DNA of 63,496 nucleotides, filler included, from Acidimicrobiia bacterium (GTDB lineage Bacteria; Actinomycetota; Acidimicrobiia; Spongiisociales; SHLN01): assembly GCA_041619515.1 (NCBI GenBank). It is 3 parts of 3 records of this genome, joined end to end, with 100 filler letters (N's around TTAATTAATTAA, not from the genome) between each part and the next. Parts side by side here need not be neighbours in the genome. Positions count along the whole stretch, not along the records: positions 1 to 22,183 come from JBFKDW010000049.1; positions 22,284 to 44,415 come from JBFKDW010000050.1; 1 more part is not named here. One strand, given 5' to 3'. The notes under the pieces were generated by a model. It did no database searches, was not told where the DNA came from, and was given only the letters and a program-made list of their open reading frames with translations. A program made the position numbers and the translations under genes. This document shows, piece by piece, positions 18,655 through 31,116 of this stretch. Within the stretch, counting starts at the first letter, position 1. Each line of letters starts with the position of its first letter.

Positions 18655-19848
18655 TTACAGGCCGAGGGCGGAGCGAAGCTCGTCCACCCGGTTGGTCTCC
18701 TCCCAGGGGAACCCGTCGCGCCCAAAATGCCCGTACGCAGCCGTGCGCCGGTAGATCGGGCGCCGCAGATCGAGATCCCGCAGGATGGCGGCAGGCCTGA
18801 GGTCGAAGATCTCTCTGATCGCCTTCTCGATGTTCTCGGGATCGGCGTTCTCGCTGCCGAACGTCTCGACCATGATCGAAATGGGGTGGGCGACGCCGAT
18901 GGCATAGGCCACCTGCAGCTCGCAGCGGTCGGCGGCGCCGGATGCGACGATGTTCTTGGCAACCCAGCGGGTGGCGTACGCCCCGGAGCGATCCACCTTG
19001 GAAGGGTCCTTGCCGGAGAAGGCGCCGCCGCCGTGGCGGGCGGATCCGCCGTAGGTGTCGACGATTATCTTGCGGCCGGTGAGGCCGGCATCTCCCACCG
19101 GCCCGCCGATGACGAAGCGCCCGGTCGGGTTGACGATGACGTCGAAAGGATCGTTGGCAAATTCCTCGGGAACGACCGGCTTGATCACGTGCTCGATGAG
19201 GTCCTCACGGATGGTGGTGTCGCGGTCGAACCCTTCGTCGTGCTGGGTTGAGATGAGAACCGTCCGGAGACGCACCGGCCGGTCTCCGTCGTAGTCGAAG
19301 GTCACCTGAGTCTTGCCGTCCGGTCGCAGATAGCCGATGGTGCCATCCTTGCGGACCGCCGCCAGGCGTTCGGCCAGGCGGTGGGCTACATGGATCGGCA
19401 GGGGCATCAGCTCATCGGTCTCGGACGATGCGTATCCGAACATCATGCCCTGGTCGCCGGCACCCTGGCGGTCCAGATCGTCCTCGGTCAGCGCCGCGCC
19501 GGAGCGCACCTCCTCGGAGGAATCGACGCCCTGGGCGATATCGGGGGACTGCTCGTCGAGGGAGACCATGACACCGCACGTGGCGCCGTCGAAGCCGTAG
19601 TCCTCCCGGTCGTATCCGATGTCCTTGATTGTCTCGCGGGTGATGGTGGCGATGTCGACGTAGGCATCGGTGGTTATCTCGCCCGCCACCAGCACGAGGC
19701 CGGTGGTGAGCATCGTCTCGCAGGCGACGCGGCTGGCCGGGTCCTGGGCCAGAATCGCGTCCAGGATGGCGTCTGAGATCTGGTCTGCCATTTTGTCCGG
19801 GTGGCCCTCGGTTACGGACTCCGACGTGAATGTCCGTGAGCTTGCCAT
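18655..19848 (-). CDS. metK: S-adenosylmethionine synthetase
   Basis: [35 protein letters not shown]. Confidence 0.98.
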   Translation of the reverse strand: MASSRTFTSESVTEGHPDKMADQISDAILDAILAQDPASRVACETMLTTGLVLVAGEITTDAYVDIATITRETIKDIGYDREDYGFDGATCGVMVSLDEQSPDIAQGVDSSEEVRSGAALTEDDLDRQGAGDQGMMFGYASSETDELMPLPIHVAHRLAERLAAVRKDGTIGYLRPDGKTQVTFDYDGDRPVRLRTVLISTQHDEGFDRDTTIREDLIEHVIKPVVPEEFANDPFDVIVNPTGRFVIGGPVGDAGLTGRKIIVDTYGGSARHGGGAFSGKDPSKVDRSGAYATRWVAKNIVASGAADRCELQVAYAIGVAHPISIMVETFGSENADPENIEKAIREIFDLRPAAILRDLDLRRPIYRRTAAYGHFGRDGFPWEETNRVDELRSALGL

Positions 19849-19921
19849 GGGTCTCTCCAGTCGCTGCGATGCCATTGCCTGCTGCAACAGCGTAGGCGCG
19901 ATTCGAGCGCTGTGGTTCGCC

Positions 19922-21934
19922 TCAGGCGATTGGAGGAGGCTCGTCGCGCTTGTTGCGGCGACGCCAGAAGGCGAAGAAGGGGATGTTGTTGGCGCTCAGC
20001 ACCCACACCATCACGACGGCGAGCATCGTGAGCGGCAACAGGAGTGCCCGGAGCGTTTCGATCGAGGCGCTGGCGGCGAGGTTGAGCCCGATGGAGGGGG
20101 AGATGACGGGGCGGGCGGTCAGCGGCGACGCCCCCGGGCCGGTTCCCTGCTGGGGAAGATCGGGTGCGATTTCCGGGTCGATGGTCGGGGGCAGCTGTGC
20201 GGGCGCGGTCGATTCGACGGTCACGATCGCCGGTGCGCACAGTTCGGCGTCACACGCCTCGTACCGGAACGAGTCGATTCCAACGAACCCGGGGTCGGGC
20301 TCGTATCGGACGATGCCGTCGGCGGTCAACGTGGCCGTTCCCCCGCTGGGAAAGGTGAGGAGATGGGCGGTGAGCTGGTCGCCGTCGACGTCGAGGTCGT
20401 TTGCCAGCAAATCGAGCTCCAGGGGCCGGCCACCATCGGATCGGATGTCGTCGTTCTGCGCCACGGGTGCATCGTTTACAGGAATGACGGTCACGGTCAC
20501 GAGAGCCGAGGAGCTCACACCGGCCAGGTTGGTTGCCACGTATGCGAACGTGTCGGGGCCGTTGTAGTCGGCGACCGGGGAGTATCGGATGGTCCCGTCC
20601 GCTTCCAATGCCACCGAGCCGTGAGCGGCGTTCCCCACCGACTGCACGGCCACTTCGGGGTCGTCGTTGGCAAGGACGTCGATTCCGACGCTCTCGTCTT
20701 CGAGTACTGCGGCAGTGTCGGGGGCTACCGCCGGCGCCCCGGAGGCGGGAGCAACGCTGATCGTGACGACCCCCGAGTCGGTGCCACCGTTCCCGTCGCC
20801 GGCGGTGTAGGCAAAGGCATCGAGCCCGGCGAAGCCCGCGTCCGGTGTGTACGTGACCGTTCCGTCGGCGTTCGGTGTGGCCGTGCCCCGGGCAGGGGAC
20901 CCGACCGTCAGCAGGGAGAGCTCGTCGCCGTCCGGGTCGCCGTCATTGACCAGTACGTCGATGACCACCGGCGTGTCCGGCCCGGTGGCAGCGAAATCGT
21001 CGACGGCGGCAGGTTGCCGGTTGGTCGCCGAAACGGTCACCGCCACGGTCGCCGTGTCGCGGGCGCCGGACGGGTCGGTGATGTCATAGGAGAAGGTGTC
21101 GGTGCCGACAAAGCCCGGGTTGGGAACGTATTCGATCGACGCGGATCCGGCTATCGAAGCGGTGCCGTTGGCAGGCGATCCGGCGGCGGCCACCGTCACC
21201 GGATCCCCATCGGGGTCGGTGTCGTTGGCGGTCACCGCAATGGTCACCTCCGTATCGCGGAACGTGCCGGCCGAATCGTCGACGGCGGCGGGTGGGTCGT
21301 TCACAGCGGTCACGGTGACGCCGACCACCCCGGTGGCAATGCCCCCGGCTCCGTCCGAAATCGTATAGGTGAAGAGGTCCGAGCCCGAGAAGTCGGGGTC
21401 GGGCACATAGCTGACGTCGCCTCCGGCCAGGCTCACGGCTCCGTGGGATGCGTTGCCCACCGACTGCAAGGAGATCGGGTCCCCGTCCGGGTCCGAATCG
21501 TTTGCCAATACGGCAATCGCCACCGAGGTGTCCTCGGGGGTGGTGGCCGAGTCGGAGGCGGCGGTGGGGGGATCGTTCGCCGGGTTGACGGTGACGAAGA
21601 CGGTGGCGGTGTCGGTGAACCCGTCGGCTTCGATGTCGTACGTGAAGCTGTCAGAGCCTGAATAATTGGGGTCCGGCTGGTAGCGAATGATCGAGCCGAT
21701 GATGGAGGCCGTCCCGTTCGGCGGCGTTGACACTCCCGTTATCGCCAGGGGAGAGCCGTCGGTCGCGTCATTGGACAGCACCGGGATATCTACGGCGGTG
21801 TCTTCGGCCGCCACCGCCGCGTCGTCGTTGGCCGTCACTGCGGCCCACGCCGGGAGTGCTGCCAACAACAGGACGACGAACGATACGACCGCAGCTGAAA
21901 CACTGCGGACGGCAGAACGAACCGGCCATTGCAT
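19922..21934 (-). CDS. Surface protein with six cadherin-like/Big_9 (tandem-95) Ig repeats and C-terminal membrane anchor
   Basis: Signal peptide; repeated NDxPxAxxD...VLxND.D.DGD...Y.P...F.G.D.F.Y; TM followed by RRRNKR. Confidence 0.88.
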   Translation of the reverse strand: MQWPVRSAVRSVSAAVVSFVVLLLAALPAWAAVTANDDAAVAAEDTAVDIPVLSNDATDGSPLAITGVSTPPNGTASIIGSIIRYQPDPNYSGSDSFTYDIEADGFTDTATVFVTVNPANDPPTAASDSATTPEDTSVAIAVLANDSDPDGDPISLQSVGNASHGAVSLAGGDVSYVPDPDFSGSDLFTYTISDGAGGIATGVVGVTVTAVNDPPAAVDDSAGTFRDTEVTIAVTANDTDPDGDPVTVAAAGSPANGTASIAGSASIEYVPNPGFVGTDTFSYDITDPSGARDTATVAVTVSATNRQPAAVDDFAATGPDTPVVIDVLVNDGDPDGDELSLLTVGSPARGTATPNADGTVTYTPDAGFAGLDAFAYTAGDGNGGTDSGVVTISVAPASGAPAVAPDTAAVLEDESVGIDVLANDDPEVAVQSVGNAAHGSVALEADGTIRYSPVADYNGPDTFAYVATNLAGVSSSALVTVTVIPVNDAPVAQNDDIRSDGGRPLELDLLANDLDVDGDQLTAHLLTFPSGGTATLTADGIVRYEPDPGFVGIDSFRYEACDAELCAPAIVTVESTAPAQLPPTIDPEIAPDLPQQGTGPGASPLTARPVISPSIGLNLAASASIETLRALLLPLTMLAVVMVWVLSANNIPFFAFWRRRNKRDEPPPIA

Positions 21935-22028
21935 GCGTGTTGTATCGGTTGAATCGGAGCCGTTCTTGTGCCCTTCTTGCCGCTCAATATGGCGGGGGAG
22001 CGGGCCGATAACTCGTGAGGTCTAGCGA

Positions 22029-22183
22029 TTGGAACACGTGGCGGCGAGTGCAGCGACGAAGTTGAAAGCGGCCGTGATTACCGGGGGCATCGTCATCGCG
22101 GTGCTCCTGATTGCGGTCTCTGCGGTCTTTGCCAACGCGTACGGCGCCCGTCGTGCCAGTGAGACCGCCGTCGCTCTCCATCA
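22029..22183 (+). CDS. 5' fragment of a membrane protein, cut by contig end
   Basis: Open frame with hydrophobic helix VITGGIVIAVLLIAVSAVFA running into the gap. Confidence 0.4.
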
Positions 22184-22283
22184 NNNNNNNNNNNNNNNNN
22201 NNNNNNNNNNNNNNNNNNNNNNNNNNNTTAATTAATTAANNNNNNNNNNNNNNNNNNNNNNNNNNNNNNNNNNNNNNNNNNNN
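22184..22283. other. Artificial contig linker (N run with TTAATTAATTAA)
   Basis: 100-bp N spacer carrying an all-frame stop linker. Confidence 0.98.
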
Positions 22284-22644
22284 GGGGGCGGGAGTCGTCA
22301 TCGTCGACACGGCCGGCCGGCTCCACAGCAACCGCAACCTGATGGAGGAGCTCGGCAAGATCATTCGCGTCCTCACCAGAGAGGCCGGCGCCATCGACGA
22401 GGTCTTGCTGGTGCTCGACGCCACCACCGGACAGAACGCCATCGCCCAGGCGCACACGTTCACCGACGTCGTCGGCGTTACCGGCATCATCCTCAGCAAG
22501 CTCGACGGCACCGCCCGCGGCGGTGTGGTGCTGGCTATCGAGCAAGACCTGGACATACCGGTCAAGCTGATCGGCGTGGGTGAAGGCATGGACGACCTGA
22601 TTGCGTTCGATCCACCGGCCTTCGTCGACGCATTGCTTGGCTAG
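22284..22644 (+). CDS. ftsY: SRP receptor FtsY, 3' fragment
   Basis: [10 protein letters not shown]...LMEEL...LVLDATTGQNA...SKLDGTARGG...IGVGEGMDDL. Confidence 0.93.
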
Positions 22645-22667
22645 CGCAACAGCGGTAGCGTCACCCC

Positions 22668-23069
22668 ATGACCGACCACGAGTTGTTGGCAACCGCCCGG
22701 GCCGCCGCCGAGCACGCCTACGCGCCCTATTCCGACCTGCGGGTAGGCGCCGCCGTCGTCGGCCGCAGTGGGACCGTGTACACGGGCGCCAATGTCGAGA
22801 ACGCAGCCTTCCCCTCCACGCTGTGCGCCGAGGCGGTCGCCATCGGACATGCCGTTGCCTCGGGGGAGCGCGCACTCGAGACGGTGGCGGTGAGCTCGCC
22901 GGACCTGCCATCGATCTTTCCCTGCGGCCAATGCCGGCAGCGGATGTCGGAGTTCGGCGTGGAGCGGGTCGTGGTCGAGGGTGCTGATGGGGCGCCGACC
23001 TCCCATACCCTGGACGAACTCTTGCCGGGAGGCTTCTCCGACTGGCGCGAGGCCTCGACTTCTACTTGA
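22668..23069 (+). CDS. cdd: Cytidine deaminase (homotetrameric type)
   Basis: AYAPYS, GANVENA, CAE, PCGQCRQ. Confidence 0.95.
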   Translation: MTDHELLATARAAAEHAYAPYSDLRVGAAVVGRSGTVYTGANVENAAFPSTLCAEAVAIGHAVASGERALETVAVSSPDLPSIFPCGQCRQRMSEFGVERVVVEGADGAPTSHTLDELLPGGFSDWREASTST

Positions 23070-23157
23070 GCTTCAGGCTCGATCGGTGGTCCAACGAGTC
23101 AATGATGATGGGACGGGTGGCGGTTCTTACCCGCGACCGTGACATAAGACGATTTTG

Positions 23158-23574
23158 TCATTCGTCGAACGAGCGTTTGCTCCACGTTTCGCGGTCGTCC
23201 AACCGCACAATGAAGCGCATGGCGGTCCAGCCTTCGTTGAGGGAGAGGCGGCGCGAGTCGAGCAGGCCGTACCGCATCCCCGCCGCCTGGACAACCTCTG
23301 CCGACAGGTCGGTGGCGTAACCGGAAAGCTGCTTCGGCCATGCCAGCCAGAGGCTCCCGGTGGGCGCCAGCGCCCTGACTGCGTCCGGTAACAGGTCGGC
23401 AAGGCCGGGACGGGCCTTGACGAACACGACGACGCAGTCCAGCTCGCCGTCGGCCAGCGACCGCGGCACGACGTCGGGTGGCAGCGGTGCCAGGTCTTCG
23501 CTGAAACGTACCGGTGGATCCACGATGGCCAGCCGGGTGCCCGCCCGGATCCCGAGTGTGCGAGCCAGATCCAT
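23158..23574 (-). CDS. DUF3052 family protein
   Basis: LGI...GSLWLAWPK...GLLD...WTAMRF pattern. Confidence 0.75.
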   Translation of the reverse strand: MDLARTLGIRAGTRLAIVDPPVRFSEDLAPLPPDVVPRSLADGELDCVVVFVKARPGLADLLPDAVRALAPTGSLWLAWPKQLSGYATDLSAEVVQAAGMRYGLLDSRRLSLNEGWTAMRFIVRLDDRETWSKRSFDE

Positions 23575-23626
23575 GCACGCACGGTACCTTCCGATTCCGG
23601 CGGCTGCACGCCGGTAGGCTCGGCGG

Positions 23627-24088
23627 GTGGACCTGCACCCGAACCTCGAGCCCATCCGGTTCCTGCTCGGAACCTGGAGCGGGGCGGGTGCGGGCCGATA
23701 TCCGACCATCACTCCGTTCGAGTACACCGAGGATGCCACCTATGTCGCTGGGGGCGGCAAGCCGTTCGTCTTCTACACCCAGCGCACCCTCGGCTCCGAT
23801 GGGCTGGCCCTGCACGCCGAGGCGGGCTATCTCCGGATGACCGCCGAAGGCCCGGAGCTCATTATCGCTCAACCGACCGGCCTGACGGAGATCCATCGCG
23901 GCAAGCTGACCGGAACCGGGCTCGAGTTTCGTTCCGACATGGTCCACGCCAGCCGGACCGCCAAGGCGGTCGGGGCGGTGGAGCGGCGGCTGCTGGTGGA
24001 GGACGACACGCTGTCGTATACCCTCGACATGGCGTACAGCGGACACCCGCTCTCGCTTCATCTCGAGGCCACGCTGCACCGGTCCTGA
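23627..24088 (+). CDS. Nitrobindin/FABP-like beta-barrel protein (DUF1794)
   Basis: LLGTWSGAGAGRYPTI...GKPFVFYTQRT...LHAEAGYLR...HLEATL. Confidence 0.88.
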   Translation: MDLHPNLEPIRFLLGTWSGAGAGRYPTITPFEYTEDATYVAGGGKPFVFYTQRTLGSDGLALHAEAGYLRMTAEGPELIIAQPTGLTEIHRGKLTGTGLEFRSDMVHASRTAKAVGAVERRLLVEDDTLSYTLDMAYSGHPLSLHLEATLHRS

Positions 24089-24099
24089 AACCGGCCTGG

Positions 24100-25035
24100 C
24101 TACCCGAGTGCTTCCACCAGCTTGGGGATCACCTGATGGAGGTCGCCGACGATACCGAGGTCGGCGACGTCGAAAATGGGAGCGTCGGGGTCCTTGTTGA
24201 TCGCGATGATCGTGCCCGAATCCTTCATTCCGACCAGATGCTGCATGGCCCCGCTTATGCCGCAGGCGATGTACACGTTGGGCTTGACGGTTTTGCCGGT
24301 CTGGCCGACCTGCTTGGAGTAGGCCACCCATCCGGCGTCCACCACCGCACGGGTGGCGCCGGTGGCAGCGTCGAGCTTGGCGGCCAGCTGTTCGATCACG
24401 TCGAAGCGTTCGGCGGAACCGATGCCGCGGCCCCCCGCAACGACGATATCGGCATCTTCGAGCTTCGGTCCCTCCGACTTCTCGACGTGGACCGCCGTCA
24501 CCGTCGCCGATCCGATCTCTGGAAGGGCGATGTCGGTGACGGTGGGCGTCTGCTCGCCTCCCGGCTCGGCGGTGAACGACTTGGGGCGAGCGATGACCAG
24601 CGCCGGGGCCGGGGCTCGGACCGCCGTCTCCACCAGCACCGTGCCGCCGAAGATCTCATTGGTCGCTACCACGGTGTCGCCATCGAGTCGGACGTCGGTG
24701 GCGTTCGAGAGCACCGGGAGGCCAAGCCGGGCGCTGAGGCGGCCGGCCACGTCGCGGTCGGTATAGGTGAGCCCGAACAGGACCAGATCGGGAGTCTCGT
24801 CCGCACACAGGTCGCCAATGGCGGCGGCCGCCGCCGCCGCCGGAAGTGAGCGGTCGGCGGGCTTGAGCCGGAAGACACTTCCTGCTCCGAACCGGCCGAG
24901 CTCGGCAACAGCCTCGTCGCCGGTTCCCAGCAAGATGGCGGTCACGTCGCCGAGCTGGCGGGCCTTGGTCATGAGCTCCAGTCCGACCGGCGCCGGCTTT
25001 CCACCAATCTCTTCGATGAACACGAACGCTTTCAC
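24100..25035 (-). CDS. etfA: Electron transfer flavoprotein alpha subunit
   Basis: [40 protein letters not shown]. Confidence 0.96.
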   Translation of the reverse strand: MKAFVFIEEIGGKPAPVGLELMTKARQLGDVTAILLGTGDEAVAELGRFGAGSVFRLKPADRSLPAAAAAAAIGDLCADETPDLVLFGLTYTDRDVAGRLSARLGLPVLSNATDVRLDGDTVVATNEIFGGTVLVETAVRAPAPALVIARPKSFTAEPGGEQTPTVTDIALPEIGSATVTAVHVEKSEGPKLEDADIVVAGGRGIGSAERFDVIEQLAAKLDAATGATRAVVDAGWVAYSKQVGQTGKTVKPNVYIACGISGAMQHLVGMKDSGTIIAINKDPDAPIFDVADLGIVGDLHQVIPKLVEALG

Positions 25036-25036
25036 G

Positions 25037-25798
25037 TCAGACCACCTTCAGTTCTTGCAGTTTGGAGACGATCTCGAGGTATGCCTCGCCCTCGTCCACG
25101 ACTTTGCGTCCGGCTTCCCGGCCGGGCGCAGGGGTGACCGACAGGATCTCCTGGCCCGCTCCGGCAGGCTCGATGCCCAGGTCGGCCAGCGTGAGCTGAT
25201 CGATCGGCTTCGATTTTGCGGCCATGATCCCCTTGAAGGTCGGGTAGCGAGGCTCGACGACGCCGGCGGTTACCGACAGCAGGGCCGGGGTGGTCGCTTC
25301 GACCTCGTTGTACCCACCGGCCGTTTGCTGTTCGATCTTGACCGTCGAGCCGTCCAATTCGACCTTGCGAGCGTAGGTGAGGGCGGGAACTCCCAGGAGC
25401 TCGGCGACTTGCTGAGGAACTATCCCGCTGTAGCCGTCGGTCGATTCCGTGCCGCACAACACCAGGTCGAACCCTTCCCGGGCAATGGCTGCCGCAAGCA
25501 CCTGAGCAGTTTCGAGGGCGCCCGCCCCCCGCAACGACTCGTCGGTGACGACCACCGCCTTGGCAGCACCCATGGCGAGGGCCTGCCGGATCCCCTGCAG
25601 GTTGCCGGTCGGCCCCATCGACACGAGGGTCACGCTCCCCTCGGAAGATTCGGCCAGCTGGAGGCCCATTTCCACTCCGTATCGGTCGCCGTCGTCCATC
25701 ACCTGGTCATCGGGCCGGATGAGGAAATGAGTGTCGGGATCCAGCTGATTTGGGTTGGCCGGATCGGGTATCTGCTTGACGCAGACGACGATGTTCAT
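25037..25798 (-). CDS. etfB: Electron transfer flavoprotein beta subunit
   Basis: [34 protein letters not shown]. Confidence 0.96.
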   Translation of the reverse strand: MNIVVCVKQIPDPANPNQLDPDTHFLIRPDDQVMDDGDRYGVEMGLQLAESSEGSVTLVSMGPTGNLQGIRQALAMGAAKAVVVTDESLRGAGALETAQVLAAAIAREGFDLVLCGTESTDGYSGIVPQQVAELLGVPALTYARKVELDGSTVKIEQQTAGGYNEVEATTPALLSVTAGVVEPRYPTFKGIMAAKSKPIDQLTLADLGIEPAGAGQEILSVTPAPGREAGRKVVDEGEAYLEIVSKLQELKVV

Positions 25799-26128
25799 TG
25801 CACAGTGCTCCTGTTCGAATCTCCGCGATCCTAGGACGGTCGGGTTGGGTCGCTTCCGCTCGCACCCGGACCCGACCTGCCGCCTCCCGGGTCCCACGTG
25901 CGCTCCACTCGGCGGAAGCTTGGACGGCGGTTTCGCCGGTGGCATCCTCCCGGTGGCGCGGTCCTGGACGGGCCAGTCGGAGATCGAGAAAAGCGTTGCA
26001 CAGGCGGGAGTGGGGCCGCGACGCCCGCTACCATCTCGCCACCTATGAGTGCCGCCCGTTCCTGGAAGCGCCCGGAGATGTTCTCCGAATGTGGGTGACC
26101 TGCGGGTGTCGACGCTGAGCCGAGCCTC

Positions 26129-27538
26129 GTGAGACGCAATCTGACGTTGATCGTCTTCGTGGCGCTGATCGGCGCGGGGTGCGCGGGAGGCGGGCCGGGT
26201 GTCACCGACCCGCCTACGGTCGATTCCACCGCCCCGGTCGTCTCTGAGACCATCACCTTCTGGTTCACAGAGACCCGTCCGGAACGAGTGCAGGTCATCA
26301 GGGAGATCACCGATGCCTTCACAGCCGAGACCGGCATCGGAGTGAAGCTCACCTCGATCGAAGAAAACGCCCTCCCGGCCATCATGAACACACATGGCGC
26401 CGCCGGAACCCTTCCCGAGGTGGTGCTCCACCCGATCGATTTCACCATCGGATTCGCCGCCGCCGGGCTACTCGATACCGTGGCGGCGCGGGAGGCAGTC
26501 GACGAGCTCGGAGCCGACACCTTCAATCAAAGCGCGCTCCGGCTGGTCGGCTATCAAGGGACGCCGGCCGCCGTGCCCTCCGATGGCTGGGGGCAACTCC
26601 TCGTCTATCGCAAAGATCTGTTTGCAGCCGCCGGGCTCGAGGCACCCACCACCTTTGCCGCCATCGAGGCGGCCGCCGCAGCGCTGACAGACGCGGGCAA
26701 CGATTTCTACGGCATCACTGCGTCGACCGATCCCACCCTGGCCCTCAGTCAGCAGATCTTCGAGCATTTCGCACTTGCCAACGGGTGTGAGCTGATCAAC
26801 GCCACCGGCGCCGTCACCGTCGACAGCTCCAACTGCGTCGAGGCCCTTGCCTTCTATACGGATCTCCTGGCCGCCTTCGCGGCACCGGCAGTCGAGGGCC
26901 TCGTCGAGTCGAGGGCACGCTACTTCGCGGGCAAGGCCGCCATGATCGTGTCGTCGCCGTTCATTCTGGATGAGATGGCCGGTTTGCGAGACACCGTCAC
27001 GCCCGCTTGCCTCGAGTGCCAGAACGACGTTGCGTTTCTCGCCCGCAATTCGGGCATCGTCACCGCGTTGCGCGGTCCGAGCGGTGGTCCGGCTCAATTC
27101 GCCCAGCTGTCCAGCCTGGGGATCGGAGCAGGCTCAAACACGACCGCCGCCAGGCAGTTCATCGAGTTCTGGCTCAGTGATGGATACCTCGATTGGCTCG
27201 GCACCTCGGCCGAAGGCAAGTTCCCCATGCGGACCGGGACTGCGGACTCTCCCACGCTGTACGCCGACCGATGGAGAACGCTGGAGACCGGCGTCGACCG
27301 TCGGGCGCGATTGGATGACTTCTACCCCGACGAGCTCCTCATTGGCCTGGTTGAAGGATTGGGCCGTTTGGATCGCTGGGGCTTTCCGCAGGGTCAGAGT
27401 GCGCTCGTGGGGGCGCTCTACGAGTCGCTTCCGATCGGCCGGGTTGTTCGCGCGGTGCTCGATACCACCATGACGGCAGCTGAGGGGGCCGTCCAGATGC
27501 GGAGGCTGGTTGAGGAAGAGCAGGCGCTGCTCGAATAG
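26129..27538 (+). CDS. Carbohydrate-type ABC substrate-binding lipoprotein (SBP family 1), no permease nearby
   Basis: Lipobox GAGC; AVPSDGWGQLLVYRKDLF; FAGKAAM. Confidence 0.85.
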   Translation: MRRNLTLIVFVALIGAGCAGGGPGVTDPPTVDSTAPVVSETITFWFTETRPERVQVIREITDAFTAETGIGVKLTSIEENALPAIMNTHGAAGTLPEVVLHPIDFTIGFAAAGLLDTVAAREAVDELGADTFNQSALRLVGYQGTPAAVPSDGWGQLLVYRKDLFAAAGLEAPTTFAAIEAAAAALTDAGNDFYGITASTDPTLALSQQIFEHFALANGCELINATGAVTVDSSNCVEALAFYTDLLAAFAAPAVEGLVESRARYFAGKAAMIVSSPFILDEMAGLRDTVTPACLECQNDVAFLARNSGIVTALRGPSGGPAQFAQLSSLGIGAGSNTTAARQFIEFWLSDGYLDWLGTSAEGKFPMRTGTADSPTLYADRWRTLETGVDRRARLDDFYPDELLIGLVEGLGRLDRWGFPQGQSALVGALYESLPIGRVVRAVLDTTMTAAEGAVQMRRLVEEEQALLE

Positions 27539-27571
27539 CCACCGCCATGGTTGCTCTGCGCCGGGACCCGC

Positions 27572-28402
27572 CTACGAATCGGTGATGAGCCGCGGCAGCA
27601 GCTCGTTCAACAGGCGCGTGAATTTGTCATGCGCCAGCACCGCCACTTCCTTGACCTCGTCGTGCGAGAGCGGAGTGGGCGAGATGCCGGCTGCCAGGTT
27701 GGTGCACAGCGATATCCCCATCACCCTCGCCCCCATGTGTCGAGCGGCAATCGCCTCCGGAACCGTGGACATGCCGACGAGGTCCCCGCCGATCCGGCTC
27801 ACCATTTCGATCTCGGCGGGAGTCTCGTAGGTGGGGCCGGTCAGCCAGGCATAGACGCCCTCGTGGAGCTCGATGCCGACCTCATCGCCGATGCCGAATG
27901 CCAGGGCCCGGAGGTCGGCGCTGTACAGGTCGGTGAGGTCCGGGAATCGCGTGCCGAGGCGGTCGTCGTTCATGCCGATGAGGGGGTTGGTGCCGGTCAG
28001 ATTGAGGTGGTCGCGGATGAGGACCAGGTCCCCGGGAGCAAGGTTTGGATTCACACCTCCGGCGGCGTTGGTCAGCAGGATCGTGCCGGCCCCGGCCATC
28101 ACCGCCGTCCGGACCCCCGCCACCACCTTGTCGAGCGGCCAGCCCTCGTAGTAGTGAACCCGGCCGGCGAACACGAGCACCGAGCCGGATCCGACTGAGG
28201 CGGAGAACAGGCTCCCGGCATGTCCGGAGACCTGTGGCACCGGAAAGCCGGGGAGGTCCCCGTAGGCGATCTCGATGGCGTCTGGGAGGGTGCTGGCGAA
28301 GTCGCTGAGCCCGGATCCGAGCACGAGGGCTGCGTCATGGCGTTCCCGCCCGGTTCGTTCGGCGACCAGCGTCGCGGCCGCGCTCAGTTCGTCGTAGTTC
28401 AT
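27572..28402 (-). CDS. punA: Purine nucleoside phosphorylase (trimeric PunA/XapA type)
   Basis: LVLGSGL, GRVHYYEG, LTNAAGG, GPTYETPAE, VGMSTVPE. Confidence 0.95.
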   Translation of the reverse strand: MNYDELSAAATLVAERTGRERHDAALVLGSGLSDFASTLPDAIEIAYGDLPGFPVPQVSGHAGSLFSASVGSGSVLVFAGRVHYYEGWPLDKVVAGVRTAVMAGAGTILLTNAAGGVNPNLAPGDLVLIRDHLNLTGTNPLIGMNDDRLGTRFPDLTDLYSADLRALAFGIGDEVGIELHEGVYAWLTGPTYETPAEIEMVSRIGGDLVGMSTVPEAIAARHMGARVMGISLCTNLAAGISPTPLSHDEVKEVAVLAHDKFTRLLNELLPRLITDS

Positions 28403-29748
28403 CGCACCTCTCCGATGATGAGTGGCCGGGTCGGCGTCTTCTCCTCGGCTATCTTCCACGCCGCCACGAGCATGGAACGGGCTGCGTCGAAGCGGTTTCG
28501 GTCATTCCATCCGATCCGCGCCAGCGGCTCTCCGGCCTCGACGACATCGCCGGTCTTCTTGAGGATGGTGATGCCGACGGCCGGGTCGATGTCGTCGTCT
28601 TTCTTGGTGCGCCCGGCCCCGAGCCGGACGGCGGCGGTGCCGACGATGTAGGCGTCGCATTCGGTCACGAACCCGGATTGGGGGGCGAGCAGCTCATCAA
28701 CGTGGTCGGGCTCCGGGAGCAGCGACGGATCGGCGACAACTGCCGGATCCCCGCCCTGGGCCGCCACCACCTCCGCGAACTTGCGGGCCGCCGACCCGGA
28801 TTCGATCTTGTCGATCATGCGACTTCGCGCATTCTCGCGATCGGCCACCACTCCCGCCAGGACGAGCATTTCTTCGCCCAACCGGAGCACCACCTCGCGG
28901 ACATCATCGGGGCCCCCGCCACGAAGGACCTCGATGGATTCTCGAATCTCGTTGGCGTTGCCCACCTCGCGTCCCAGCGGCTGATCCATATCGGTGAGTA
29001 TCGCTACCACCTTGGTGTCGTGCCAAGCACCGATGCCGACCATCGTCTCGGCCACCCGGCGGGCCGAGGCCTCGTCCTTCATGAACGCACCACGGCCCAC
29101 TTTGACGTCGAGCACCAGCGCATCGCACCCTTCTGCCAGCTTCTTCGACATGATGGAGGAGGCGATGAGCGGTATCGAAGGAACGGTGCCGGTGGCGTCT
29201 CGCAGCGCGTAGATCGCGCGATCGGCCGGAACGAGGCTCTCGGAGGCGCCGGCGATGACGAGCCCATGCTCTTTGAGGATGTCGGAGAACCGCTCATCGA
29301 GCGCGGTTGTCAACCCCGGGATCGATTCCAGCTTGTCCAGCGTGCCGCCGGTATGCCCGAGGCCGCGGCCGCTGATCATCGGGACCGAGACTCCGCAGGC
29401 GGCCACAATCGGGACCAGCGGGATAGACACCTTGTCTCCGACGCCCCCGGTCGAGTGTTTGTCGACTTTGGCGGTCAACACATCGGAGAAGTCGAAGACC
29501 GTTCCGGAGTGCAGCATCGCTTCGGTCCAGGCCGCCAGCTCGCCGGTATCGAGGCCGCGCCACACGATCGCCATCAGCAACGCCGACATCTGGTAGTCGG
29601 GGATCTTGCCATTGGTATAGGCGGCGATCAGCCAGGAGATCTCATCGGCCAGCAAGCGTGCCCCATCGCGCTTGTGCTCAATGAGCTCGACGATGCTCCT
29701 GGAGCCCTGCTGGTCCGGTCCGGGCGATTGCGGGGGAGTCGGCGTCAT
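28399..29748 (-). CDS. pdp: Pyrimidine-nucleoside/thymidine phosphorylase, copy 1
   Basis: DKHSTGGVGDK, SGRGLGHTGGTLDKLE, SSIMSKK, LDVKVGRGAFMK. Confidence 0.95.
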   Translation of the reverse strand: MTPTPPQSPGPDQQGSRSIVELIEHKRDGARLLADEISWLIAAYTNGKIPDYQMSALLMAIVWRGLDTGELAAWTEAMLHSGTVFDFSDVLTAKVDKHSTGGVGDKVSIPLVPIVAACGVSVPMISGRGLGHTGGTLDKLESIPGLTTALDERFSDILKEHGLVIAGASESLVPADRAIYALRDATGTVPSIPLIASSIMSKKLAEGCDALVLDVKVGRGAFMKDEASARRVAETMVGIGAWHDTKVVAILTDMDQPLGREVGNANEIRESIEVLRGGGPDDVREVVLRLGEEMLVLAGVVADRENARSRMIDKIESGSAARKFAEVVAAQGGDPAVVADPSLLPEPDHVDELLAPQSGFVTECDAYIVGTAAVRLGAGRTKKDDDIDPAVGITILKKTGDVVEAGEPLARIGWNDRNRFDAARSMLVAAWKIAEEKTPTRPLIIGEVR

Positions 29749-29805
29749 CCGCTGCCAGTATGGCGCGAGAATCATCCAGAATCATCCGAGCTCTCGGGAG
29801 TCTCA

Positions 29806-31113
<1,308 letters not shown>

Positions 31114-31116
31114 CGA

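Noticed and set aside
19849..19921. SAM riboswitch upstream of metK
   Set aside because: Only about 70 bp of intergenic sequence and no recognisable SAM-I/IV core
20120..20170. LPQQG as a sortase signal in the Ig-repeat protein
   Set aside because: Not LPxTG and about 30 residues from the TM helix; a simple membrane anchor is more parsimonious
22184..22283. TTAATTAATTAA palindrome inside N runs (also 44416-44515)
   Set aside because: Artificial contig-joining linker, not biology
28678..29805. 811-aa ORF as an N-terminally extended phosphorylase
   Set aside because: The extension is the antisense of pdp copy 1; real homology starts at ATG 29806 with an RBS
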